Assembly (NCBI RefSeq): GCF_006345805.1
Contig: NC_043000.1
Coordinates: 142,352,001 to 142,416,000, forward strand
Length of the DNA stretch: 64,000 nucleotides
Direction: 5' to 3'
Origin: Octopus sinensis
Lineage: Eukaryota
This document shows positions 13,999-25,008 of this stretch, one piece after another (positions within the stretch are counted from its first letter, which is position 1; each line of letters starts with the position of its first letter). Position numbers and translations under genes: made by a program. The notes under the pieces were generated by a model. The model made no database searches. It was not told the DNA's origin and was given only the letters and a program-made list of their open reading frames with translations.

Positions 13999-14870
13999 GT
14001 TGAGTAAAAAGTAAGCAACGTTTTGATCCATGAAGCATTTGTACCAGATTTTTGTACATTTATTAATTTTTAAAAAACATTTCTTTTGCAACTGTCTGAT
14101 AATATAGACACAGATTTTCCCAAATGCATCGATGAATTAACATTGATATTTTTTCCACTGTTGTTACAATCATCTGAACCTGAACTGTCAAAGTGCGATA
14201 TTACAGCGATTTTGCTATTCAACTTCATAAAAGGACATAAAGCATCTGCAACTACTCACGATATCAACAAAAGGGTGAGGAAATTACCAGTGAGTGGTCA
14301 ACTCGAAAATGGTTTAAACAATTTTACAGTGGAGACCTGAACCTTGAAGATCGTGAGCGTAATGGACTCCCATCTGTCATCGAAGACTGTCAGTTAAAGA
14401 TCGTCATGGAGAAAGATCCCCGTAAAACCACTCGAGAACTGGCATAAGAACTTCCTGTTAGCCAGGAAACTGCTGGCAACCATTTGTATGCGATCGGAAA
14501 ATCGAAAAATAGATTAGAGCTCGACAAACGGATACCACACGACTTGAATGAAAATCAGAAATGCGCAGATATGAAATTTACCTGTCACTTCTCAGGCCGA
14601 TCCATTTCTCGCCCGTTTTGTAACTTGCGATGAAACGTGGATTCTGTACAATAACAAAAACTATTCTTCGTAGTGGTTGTGAAGCATCGGATATCTTCCC
14701 TAAACCCGAGCTTTTCCAATAGAATCGTATGGTAACTGGTCGGTAGTGTACTGCTGGACTCACCCACTATAACTTCATAGATCCCAGAAAAAACATTGCT
14801 GCAGAAATATTGTCAAAATGAAATTGTCAAAATGAACAAATAACTGAGTTGTCAAGAGAAGAGACCCAAT
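13995..14870 (+). mobile_element. mariner-family DNA transposon relic, truncated at the LINE insertion
   Basis: Starts after (TA)n with tcaggttgagtaaaaagtaagcaacg. Frameshifted ILLFNFIKGHKAS, RKWFKQFYSGDLNLED, TTRELA, RIPHDLNE, FVTCDETWILYNN. Confidence 0.85.
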
Positions 14871-14893
14871 CATTCTTCAGCCTACATGACCAT

Positions 14894-15965
14894 AGGTGAA
14901 AATGATGGCAATGAAAAGAGCGCAGGTGAAAATGATGGCAATGAAAAAAGCGCAGGTGAAAATGATGGCAATGAAAAAAGCGCACGAGCAATTGGCTGAT
15001 AGGTGGGAGGAGAAACCTCTGCACGGCAAATATGTGATCCGCAGCAAACAAGCTGATGTTTACCAGAAGCAAACCCATCAGTGGCTACGGAGCTCAGGGC
15101 TAAAAGCAGAGAGCGAAGGTTTCATCCTGGCTGCTCAAGATCAAAGCCTATTAACTCGGAACTACCAGGCCAATGTGATGAAAAATGGAGCAGACCCAAA
15201 ATGCCGATTCTGCAACGACATGATTGAAACAGTGGACCACCTAATCTCTGGATGTAAAGTCTTAGCACCAGTGGAGTATAAATTAAGACATGACAGAGTT
15301 GGCCAATATCTCCACTGGCTAATAAGTCGGCATTACAATATCAAAACTGCCGACAAGTGGTATAATCACCACCCTGAGGCTGTAACTGAAGGAGAAAATG
15401 TAACCATTCTGTGGGACTTTCCAGTACATACAGACCGAACCATCAAGGCCAATAAACCAGATATTGTTGTGAAAGACCAAAACAATAAAGTTTGCTTATT
15501 GATCGACATGAGCATCCGCTGTGATCATAATATCTCAGCGAAAGAGTTTGAAAAGCTCAGAAAATATAAAGACCTACTCATTGAAATTGAGAAAATGTGG
15601 CATCTCAAGGCGGTTACAATACCAGTGATCGTAGGAGCACTAGGAATGATCAAGAAGGGAACCGAAAATTATATGAGAATGATCCCTGGCTTACCATCCC
15701 TGCAAGAAGTGCAAAAGATTGTCTTAACTGGTACATCACACGTATTGAGAAGAGCATTGTCGATGTGAGAACTGTTGCTGCTCATGTATTTTAATTTAAC
15801 TTTAAAAGAAAAAAAAAAAAAAATGAACGAACTACTGAGTTTGGTTTAATGGCCTACCAATGTATACTATGAGTTTCTTTGCCCTAGGAGTCGGGAAGAC
15901 ACTCGGCAAGAAATGATAGCAAATTTGAAAGAAGAAGAAAAAAATGTAATAATAATAATAATAAT
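14894..15965 (+). mobile_element. 5'-truncated RLE-type non-LTR retrotransposon (R4/Dong-like) with open C-terminal ORF 14896-15768
   Basis: WEEKPLHGKY, WLRSSGLKAESEGF, CRFC...H....C zinc finger, RHD, KPDIVV..D endonuclease motif. 3' UTR ends in A-run and (TAA)n. Confidence 0.92.
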
Positions 15966-15970
15966 GATAT

Positions 15971-16126
15971 ATATTGTTAGTAGGGGGAGCGAATATCTAC
16001 CACACTTTAGCATGGCGGACAGGTGCTCGCGAGTAGGATGAGCAAAATATCTCGAAACTGGGTCAGTCTTGCGATCCTGTTACCTGCTAGAGAGTGGTAG
16101 GTGTTCGCCCCTCCTGCTAACAATAT
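15971..16126. mobile_element. MITE-like element, 33-bp imperfect terminal inverted repeats
   Basis: atattgttagtagggggagcgaatatctaccac versus gtggtaggtgttcgcccctcctgctaacaatat. Confidence 0.65.
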
Positions 16127-16539
16127 ATGTTGTATGTAATGGGTGCAGAATCGCACCGATAACCAGCTGGCGGAGAATCAGCCTAGGGTTAAACTAGTAG
16201 TAAGATGGAACAGCTCCTTTGATGTGGCGACTGACTCTGCTTCTAGTATATTACTACTCTGATCTGTTCTTGAGATTTTACAATTAGCTATTTTGCTTAC
16301 AGATATATAATTTATTTTAGTACCCGTCACGGTCCTAGCTGTGAGATAACTAGCCGTCCTTAGCGTGGCGCATGGAGGCATTTTATGCTCTGCAAAAGAC
16401 CCTGACTAAGAGATGGGTTCATTGACCTGGGACCTAGCTGTCACTCTCTCAGCCTACTTAGCCATAGCTGATGAATCCTGGCTTTATAGGGTTGAGAGAG
16501 TACTGCCCATATAGCACCCTACTGAAATCTCCATTGATT

Positions 16540-16830
16540 AGGCGTGAAGATATTTCTACATCCACAACCTCGATTACGCCTTCTCAAGCTCTTTAGTGAC
16601 GGGATCTTTGCGAAAACGGCAGGTGCAATATGTCACTGGAAGCTGTAGTACAGTCCTGTTTTCAGGCAGTCAATGGGTTTGGTCGCATGATAATTATCTG
16701 GAAATGACAACATCAATCGGTATGTGGTGGCCCTTTCTGGAGACAACACTGTTTACTCCACACGAAGAGAGTCCTAGAAAAGCTAACTAAGTTAAATTTT
16801 ATATTCATGTATCCAATTGGCAAACCGCCA
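16540..16830 (+). mobile_element. Possible very degenerate Ty3/gypsy RT fragment
   Basis: RYVVALSGDNTVYS...HTKRVLEKLTKLN resembles the YxDD region, but the catalytic motif is destroyed. Confidence 0.25.
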
Positions 16831-17428
16831 TCAATGAAATCTAAGGAGTACAGTTCAATATTTAAGAGATGAGGAATTATGTACATTATATACATTAGTA
16901 GATTTAACAGTGGTTTGAATATAACTCAGAGAGAAACTAAAGATGATTAATTCTTAGTACTCTACTCACCTGAAAATATGAATGCATACAGCTATTGCTT
17001 TATCATTTTAATGCATTATGACATGACAACATGTACATTTTTGCAACTACCAGCTAATATCGATGCACCGAAACAGTTGTAGGGATTTTTAACACAACCT
17101 CTTCATTGAATGTTATATTCAAATATTTTCATATAATCTGAACAGATATTCACGGATTTCCACATGTATATCCAGGAAAAGGAGAGAGCGTACTGCATTA
17201 TAACATCTCGTTGCTGATACTCAAACAACGCTTTGAAAAGCAAACTATAAAGCTATTACCCATATTATATACACATACACACATATACATATACATATAT
17301 AATTATATAATATAAAATATATATATTGATAGATAGATCGATAAATAGATAAACTGAGAATGTGGTGGAAGGTATTGCTATGGAATATATATATATATGT
17401 ATATATATTATATATATATATGTATATA

Positions 17429-17591
<163 letters not shown>

Positions 17592-19066
17592 CGTATGTAT
17601 GTATGTATGTTCATATTCTTCCAAGAGTCTCACTTTATTTCCATTTTTATGAGTATTAAGAAAACAGGAATTCTATGGAAGCCCGTAGGTTGGACTATAA
17701 ATTCAATTTAAAAGCATTAGACATCTATCAAACTGAATCATTGTTTCTCTTTGAGGTATACGATAGATAATCGAAGTGCTTGTGCAATGCTCAGCAACAT
17801 CCTTTATTATACAATATGTTGCCATGTCAACTTGTGGAAGAAATGCTGCCAAAATTGTACGAGAATATTAGGAAAGCGAAAGAAAAACAAATAGCGTGTA
17901 TTAGTTTTAATATTCAGGAAATACGTAAGTGAACTTTAATGATTCGAGTCTACGCTCTTCTACAGAAAGAAACAAAGAGAAAAGAAAAAGCCATGGAGAG
18001 AACTTCCTCCCAAGTTTTAGTATCCACTTTCTTACTTAGTTTTTGTACTATTGACGACTCTCCAGAACCACTTTACCACACTCAGATCCGAGTACAATTG
18101 CGAGTTTATATATCAGGGATTCTACCATCACGTATCTAACTATTCACTAATGCATTTGAAGAAAAAATATGCCCATCGTGGAAGCTAACTTAGGATCAAT
18201 TTAACTTCGCTATGTACAAAGAGAACCTTCCACGGTTATTTATTTCCAACGAAATTTAATCATTTCTTTCTATTTTCAGGCAAACCACATTACGTGTCTC
18301 AGTCCTCGTATCTGCTGCAATCAGATCTAGGGCTTCTGTTACTATATCTACACTTAAGAGGAAAGCAAGTCGATGTTCCACTCAATGTATCCTTGAGATT
18401 TCATGGATTCATTCTATAATGGATTACATGATCGGTCAATGATAATTTATGCTACTGCTTTTCAACCACTGTCATTAGGACAAGTAGATCTATTTATATC
18501 AGCATCAACGCTACAACAGACAACAGCAATAAGAACGGCACAGTCACAAACATCAACTCCCCTTCACATCAGTAAGTTCCTCAGCATCTCTGCTCTAAAC
18601 AACAGCAGCATCAGTACCACCACAACTATGACAGTGAGTATGTGAATATAATCGATGAATCTTCTCTGGAACATCGGAACAGAAACATGAAAAAATTAAT
18701 AAAATTTATGGTACAAACACACTGGCGGGAAAGCGAACAGCAGTGTGTTTCTAAATAATTAATGCTGATAATGATAATGATAATGATAATTGATCACAGA
18801 AATCAATAATAATTAGAATATATAGAAACATAATTCATTATACAAAAGCAATAGACATAAATATTATTACGCTTCTTTGCGTCTGACAACGCGTTCGATT
18901 ATTAGTGTTTTATTCGGTAAGAATTTACTGTCATGAGCAAGTAATCATTGGTTAAAATACACAGGGAAAGATAGGCAGGCAAAGTGAACCGGAGCGCCAG
19001 ACAGACACCGAAGACAAATCCTAAATGGGTGAGTAAACATAAAAGTACAAATATAAGTGGAATAGG

Positions 19067-19235
19067 CTTGGCTGTGTAGTAAGGAGTTTGCTTCACAACC
19101 ACATGGTTCCCGGTTCACTCCCATTGTGTGGCACTTTAGGCAAGTGTCTTCAACTATAGCCTCGAGTCAACCAAAGCTTTAAGAGTGGATTTGGTAGACA
19201 GAAACTGAAAGAGGCACGTCTTTATATGTGTGTGA

Positions 19236-19266
<31 letters not shown>

Positions 19267-19510
19267 CGTGTGCGTATGTAGTTATGTGTGCGTGCCTTTT
19301 TGTTTGTGTTTGCCTCCTCCGCCATCGCTTGACAACCGATGGTGATGTGTTCATGTCTCCATAACATAGCGAATCACCGAAAGAGATCGATAGACTAAGG
19401 ATTAGGTTTTCAGAGAATAAGTCTTGGGATCGATTTCTTTGACTTAAACCCGTTAAGACGAAGCTCCAGTACGGCCGCAGTCAAATGAATGAAACGTGTG
19501 AAAGAGTAAA
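19067..19510 (+). mobile_element. tRNA-derived SINE, same family as 45567-46015
   Basis: Colinear similarity of head, internal microsatellite and tail. Confidence 0.8.
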
Positions 19511-19720
19511 TGAGTAATATATATATGAAATAGAAAATTACTATTTGTAAATCTCTCAACGATAAACATTCATTGTAAGAAATTATTTGCCAACATAATG
19601 AGACTGTCCTGATTAGGACGAATGCTACTGTTATTTAGCCCAAGGAAACGTCACCTTCTGCTGGTTATACGACATGCTATCGGTAACCTTTTATTTTCGA
19701 AAAGTCAGCACAAAACAATA

Positions 19721-19765
19721 TCTGTGTATCGCGATTTCTGGGTTTTTTCCCTTCATCAGCAAAGA
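19721..19765 (-). ncRNA. Minimal type I hammerhead ribozyme candidate (PLE-type)
   Basis: Minus strand reads tctttg-CTGATGA-a-ggg-aaaaaa-ccc-a-GAAA-t-cgcg-a-T-A-cacaga. Stem I 5 of 6 bp. Palindromic ATCGCGAT stem III. Confidence 0.6.
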
Positions 19766-19789
19766 ATATAATACGAGAATCTCCGCGAA

Positions 19790-20320
19790 ATCGACTTTGC
19801 CTTTCATCATTTCGGGGTCGATAAATTGATTACCAGTTACGCACTGGGGTCGATATAATCGACTTGATACCTATGTCTGTCCATGTTTGTCCTCTCTATG
19901 TTTAGCCCCTTGTGGGTAATAAAGAAATAGAAATAGGTATTTCGTCTGCCGTTACGTTGTGAGTTCAAATTCCGCCGAGGTCGACTTTACCTTTCATCAT
20001 TTCGGAGTCGATAAATTAAGTACCAGTCACGCACTAGGGTCGATGTAATCGACTTAATACCTATGTCTGTCTTTGTTTGTTCCCTCTGTGTTTGGCTCCT
20101 TGTGGCTAGTAAAGAAATAGGTAAAGAAATAGGTATTTCGTCTGCCGTTACGTTGTGAGTTCAAATTCCGCAGAGGTCGACTTTGCCTTTCATCCTTTCG
20201 GGGTCGATAAATTAAGTACCAGTCACGCACTAGGGTCGATGTAATCCACTTGATACCTATGTCTGTCTTTGTTTGCCCCCTCTGTGTTTATCCCCTTGTG
20301 GGTAATAAAGAAATAGGTAC
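19790..20320 (+). repeat. Head-to-tail trimer of headless SINE bodies (~190-bp unit)
   Basis: tcgacttt.cctttcatc.tttcgg.gtcgataaa at about 19791, 19981 and 20177. Confidence 0.85.
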
Positions 20321-20999
20321 TGTTGATGGTGATGGTTGAAAACAATTAACACAAAGAGAGAGAGAGAGAGAGAAAGAGAGAAGAGGTTAGACAGAAAAAA
20401 AATTGTACAGACCCCCGAATGGGAAGACAAAAACTGTTTATCATGAAGCTTTGCAATAAGTTCCAAGTCTACATATTATATCATTGTTTTGACGAAAAAT
20501 ATGGGTCAGGTTTAGTAAAATTTAATATGTACACAAAGCATGAAGAGCCCTCATCAGGAGGAAGCTTAAAAGCCTTATCGGGCAGCTTTTGAGCTAGTTG
20601 AGAATATATTGAACGTAATTTATGTCGAAAAAGTCACGTACGGGCCATTTACTTAAACCTCTTTTTCTCTTGAAATCAAAATATTTAGTTTTGGATTTAG
20701 TGCTGTATTTAATTTTCTCCTTAAAGTCGCATGTTATATGACGAGAGAATTATCTTGGTTAAGGTACGAGTAAATTGATTATTATCGTCTTTAGTCGATT
20801 ATCAAATAAACATTTGGGAGTGGTAGTGACAATATCTACAATTACCACTTTGCATATTTTCTTCATTATATTTCTTTATTATTATATGTACACCGCTTCC
20901 ATTCAGCCAAAAACAGAAGGTGTAAATATCTTGTATGTGTCTCGGACAAATTTTTAATTTAAATAAACTGATTTGCTATTGGCAATAAAATATATATAA

Positions 21000-22278
21000 T
21001 AATTGTGAGAAAGCATTTCAAAGGAATCGTTGCTATTATCATATAGGCGCTTCTATACTCTAAGACCACGAGATATAAAGTTTAACTAAATCTTTTCTCT
21101 GGCTAATTGCAGTTTGTATTATAACGAAATGCTTGGCGTATCAAGAAGTACTGCCTCGAAAGTAATGACAGACTTTGAGAAAGAGGGAAAAACCTCATCG
21201 TCGGAACAAAACCCCGAATGAAAAGTAAAACATTCAGACAGGGACCGTCGAACTCTTACGCAAATTGTTAGAAAGGATCACAAAAGTACAGCTCCCAAAA
21301 TTACTGCGGAGCTTAATGACCACCTCGAGAACCCAGTTTCTACAAAAACTATTTGCCGGGAGCTGCGCAAAGCCAGAACAAAGGGTGCAAACCATGTAGA
21401 GTAGAGTGAAACCTACAGAATTGATCCTTGGAGCAGTAGAAGAATATTATTTTCTCGGACACGTCATGCTTTACTTTATTTCCGATCAGAGTATACGAGT
21501 ATACGTGTGGAGACAACGAAAAGAACCATTTAACCTAGAGGACCTTCTTCTGTTAAACATGGAGGAGGATCTGTGATGATCGGGGGGCTGGGAGCTCAAT
21601 ATTTTGGAAATCTGCCGGCCTCTTCATGGGAGAATGAATAGTCAAGACAATTTAAGCATTTTATCTGATCAAATTCATCCTATGCTTGTGGAACTGTTTC
21701 CAGAGGGAAACACAATCTTTCAGGATGATAATGCACCAATTCACACAGCTAAACTCTTACTGAATGGCAAGAGGAACATCCTAATGAGGTTGAACATCTT
21801 TTCTGACCACCACAGTCCCCAGATCTCAATATTATTTCACATTATGGTGCATTTTAGAAAAACAAGTAAGGGATCGATATCATCACTATAAAAACTGAAG
21901 ACTGTTTTAGCTGAAGAATGGACAAAAATTCCCTTGGAAAAAATTCAGACTTTGTACGAGTCCAGACCTAGTAGAATTTAAGCTGTAATTACTGCCAAAG
22001 GCGGTGCTACTCCATATTAAAATACATTTTTACATTATTTACATTAGGAATAAAAACCCAGGTTTGAAATTTCCCCAAGACACCTGACGAAGGCTGGAGG
22101 ATATATCAGCCGAAACGTTGCGTTAACAACAAACAAGACGAGGGCAAATATCTGTCAAATATAAATAACGTAAATAATGTAAATAATATACATAAATCCC
22201 CATCTCTTAAATATAGAACTGTAAAATAAATTTCTTTGAAATTTTAAGTTGCTTCCATTATTTTGTCCAACCCCTGTA
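21000..22278 (+). mobile_element. Tc1-family transposon relic with 3' TIR
   Basis: DRRTLTQIVRKDHKSTAPKITAEL, VKHGGGSVM, FQDDNAPIHTAK, PQSPDLNII. 3' end ttccattattttgtccaacccctg followed by TA. Confidence 0.88.
22047..22225 (+). mobile_element. PLE terminal-repeat-like fragment with minimal hammerhead motif (22079-22124), inserted in a Tc1 relic
   Basis: gacac-CTGACGA-a-ggctg-gaggatatat-cagcc-GAAA-C-G-T-T-gcgtt. Lies between the Tc1 transposase end and its 3' TIR. Confidence 0.6.
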
Positions 22279-22669
22279 TATATTTGTGTGTTTGTGTGTA
22301 TAAAACACAGATACGAACACATACATATAGATATATCCGTATTGCGACTGTATGTGCGTGTGTATGCCTCTCTCTCTGTGAGCGCACGCGTATTTGTGCG
22401 CTTGCCTATGTCTGTACATGTGCCTGTGTCTGTGTTTATTTCTTGGCATTATTTCAAACTTCAGAAATGGCGGATACATAAAATTTGCAAGCAACTAATA
22501 GCTTTCAGATAATGTTTCAAACTTTAGAAAAATGAAACCTTTGCTGAGAGTCTGATATGATCCTTTTACTTCTTTATGTTGAACAACATCGTAAGATAAA
22601 TTTACTTATACAGTCTAACGAAAATAAATACGTTTTAAAGGTATATACTTGCTATGTGTATTCATTCAT

Positions 22670-22890
22670 TCATTCTTTTGCTCTTATACTTGTTTCAGTC
22701 ATTTGACTGCGGCCATGCTGGAGCACCGCCTTTTAGTCAAAGGAATCGACCCATGGACTTAAACTTTGTAAACCTGGTACTTATTCTACCGGTCTCTTTT
22801 GCCGAACCAATGGGTTACGGGGATGTAAACACACAAAGATCGGTTGTCAAGCGATGGTAGTGGTGAGGGGACAAACACAGACACAGACAC
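22670..22890 (-). mobile_element. SINE 3' half, same family as 45567-46015
   Basis: tttcagtcatttgactgcggccatgctggagcaccgcc. Confidence 0.8.
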
Positions 22891-22952
22891 ACAAATATAT
22901 ATATATATATGTATACATATACATATATATATATATATATATGTGTGTGTGG

Positions 22953-23036
<84 letters not shown>

Positions 23037-23107
23037 AATAAGCCACAGAAGACTAATAACCTTCTAACACAAATCTTCTGTAGTTTTTTCACTCTTTTTT
23101 ATGATTA

Positions 23108-23143
<36 letters not shown>

Positions 23144-23145
<2 letters not shown>

Positions 23146-24745
23146 TAGTTTTATTTTTATAGCGTGCTTTCACTTCACTACCGAGCGCAGCTCTGTGTGC
23201 CTTGGGTATGTGCTGTGATTTGTTGTGATGCTCTGATGGTTATTGTATTGAAAGTGTTCTGCGTAGGATGTGTGCAGTGCCTAGTAGTGCAATTTTCTGT
23301 ATGCTATATGTGTTTGTAAGTCCTGGTGTTTTTGTTATGTATTTGTCTGAATATTTTTTTATCATGCCTAATGCACCTACTATGATAGGAATTGTTTCTG
23401 TTTTCAGGTTCCACATTCTAGTTATCTCTATTTCCAGGTCTTTGTATTTTGAGAGTTTCTCCATTTCTTTTAGAGACACGTTGTCATCTGCCGGTATTGA
23501 TACATCAATTAGAAAGCATTTTTTTTTCTTCATGATCTGTGACAACTATATCTGGTCTGTTGGCCTTAATTTCTCTATCTGTGTGTATCGGCATATCCCA
23601 GAGTATGGTTGCTTTCTCGTTTTCTGTGACCTTTTCTGGTGTGTGCCTATACCATCTTTTTTCTGTTGTTATTCCATAATGTTGGCATAGCTTCCAATGT
23701 ATGTAGGTTCCAACTCTGTCATGTCTGTGAATATATTCCTTCTTAGCCAGAACTGGGCAGCTAGAGATAATATGATTTATTGTTTCTTGTCCATCTCCAC
23801 ATATTCTGCAGTAACTTGTAATATTTCTTTTCATTACATGTTTTTGGTAATTTCTGGTGGGGAGGCTTTGGTCTTGTGCTGCAACTAAAAATCCCTCTGT
23901 TTCTGCTTTGAGTCCTGAGCTTCTCAACCATTGCTGGGATTTTTCTTTGTCTATTTCTTTTGCGTTTAGTTTAGTGCAGTATTTACCATGAAGGGGCTTT
24001 TCTTGCCATCGTTTTATCATGGCTCGTTGCTGTTCTATTTTTAGTTTGGATTTCATTTGTTTTATAGCTTTTGTTGTTTCTTCATCATCTTCTTCTTCTT
24101 CTTTGTGTTTATTAGGTGGTATGATTTCTTGTTTGTATTTGTCAGCTTCCTTAAATACTGAGAACAGTTTTTTGTTTTGCTCGTGTTTTGCTGCTATCTG
24201 GATCAGTTTTCCTTTCTTCTGAAGTAGGTATTTTTGCAGTCCTATGGTGGTTATTTTATAGTAGTTTTCCAGCTGTATAAGGCCTCTACCACCTTCTATA
24301 CGTTGTATATATAGTCTTTCTATGTCAGATTTTGGGTGATGCATCCTAGATCCTGTCAGTATTTTTCTTGTTTTCCTATCTATTTTGGACAGTTCATTTC
24401 GTGTCCAGTTAAGGATATTGTAGCTGTAACTTATAACTGGAACGGCTAAAGTGTTGATACCTATTATCTTGTTTTTAGCATTGAGCTCTGTTTTTAGTAT
24501 TGATCTAACTCGTCTATAATATTCTTTTTTTATGTTCTCTTTCATTTGTGTGTGTTGTGTCTTATCTAGTTCATGGATTCCTAAGTATTTGTAAGTTTGG
24601 CTTTGGTCTAATTCTTTTATTTCATTGGTTTTATCTAGTGTGATGTTGTTACTCTTAACTAGTTTTCCTCATTTCATGGTTACTTTGGCGCATTTTTCTA
24701 ATCCAAATTTCATATATATTTCTTTGGTAAATCCATGATTTAAAT
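23144..24745 (-). mobile_element. 5'-truncated R4/Dong-like LINE (second subfamily), with a frameshift in a T-run near 23520
   Basis: ORFs 23505-24545 and 23240-23545 with WQEKPLHGKY, CRIC, RHD, RPDIVV. (TTA)n on both flanks. Confidence 0.92.
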
Positions 24746-24750
24746 TATTA

Positions 24751-24797
<47 letters not shown>

Positions 24798-24817
24798 ACT
24801 ATTATTAATATTATTAT

Positions 24818-24960
24818 ATACGGCAGACTTCTTTCAGTTTCCGTCAGCCAAATCCACTCACAAGGCTTTGGTAGACTCGAGGACATAGTAGATGACACTC
24901 GTCCAGGGTGACACGCAGTGGGACTGGAAACTGAACAAGCTTCTTAACACACATCCACTC
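24818..24960 (-). mobile_element. SINE 5' half, same family as 45567-46015
   Basis: cggcagacttctttcagtttccgtc..ccaaatccactcacaaggctttgg. Confidence 0.75.
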
Positions 24961-24964
24961 CTGC

Positions 24965-25008
<44 letters not shown>

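Noticed and set aside
16460-16510. CTGATGA-atcct..agggt hammerhead-like start
   Set aside because: Followed by GAGA rather than GAAA, with no stem I or III.
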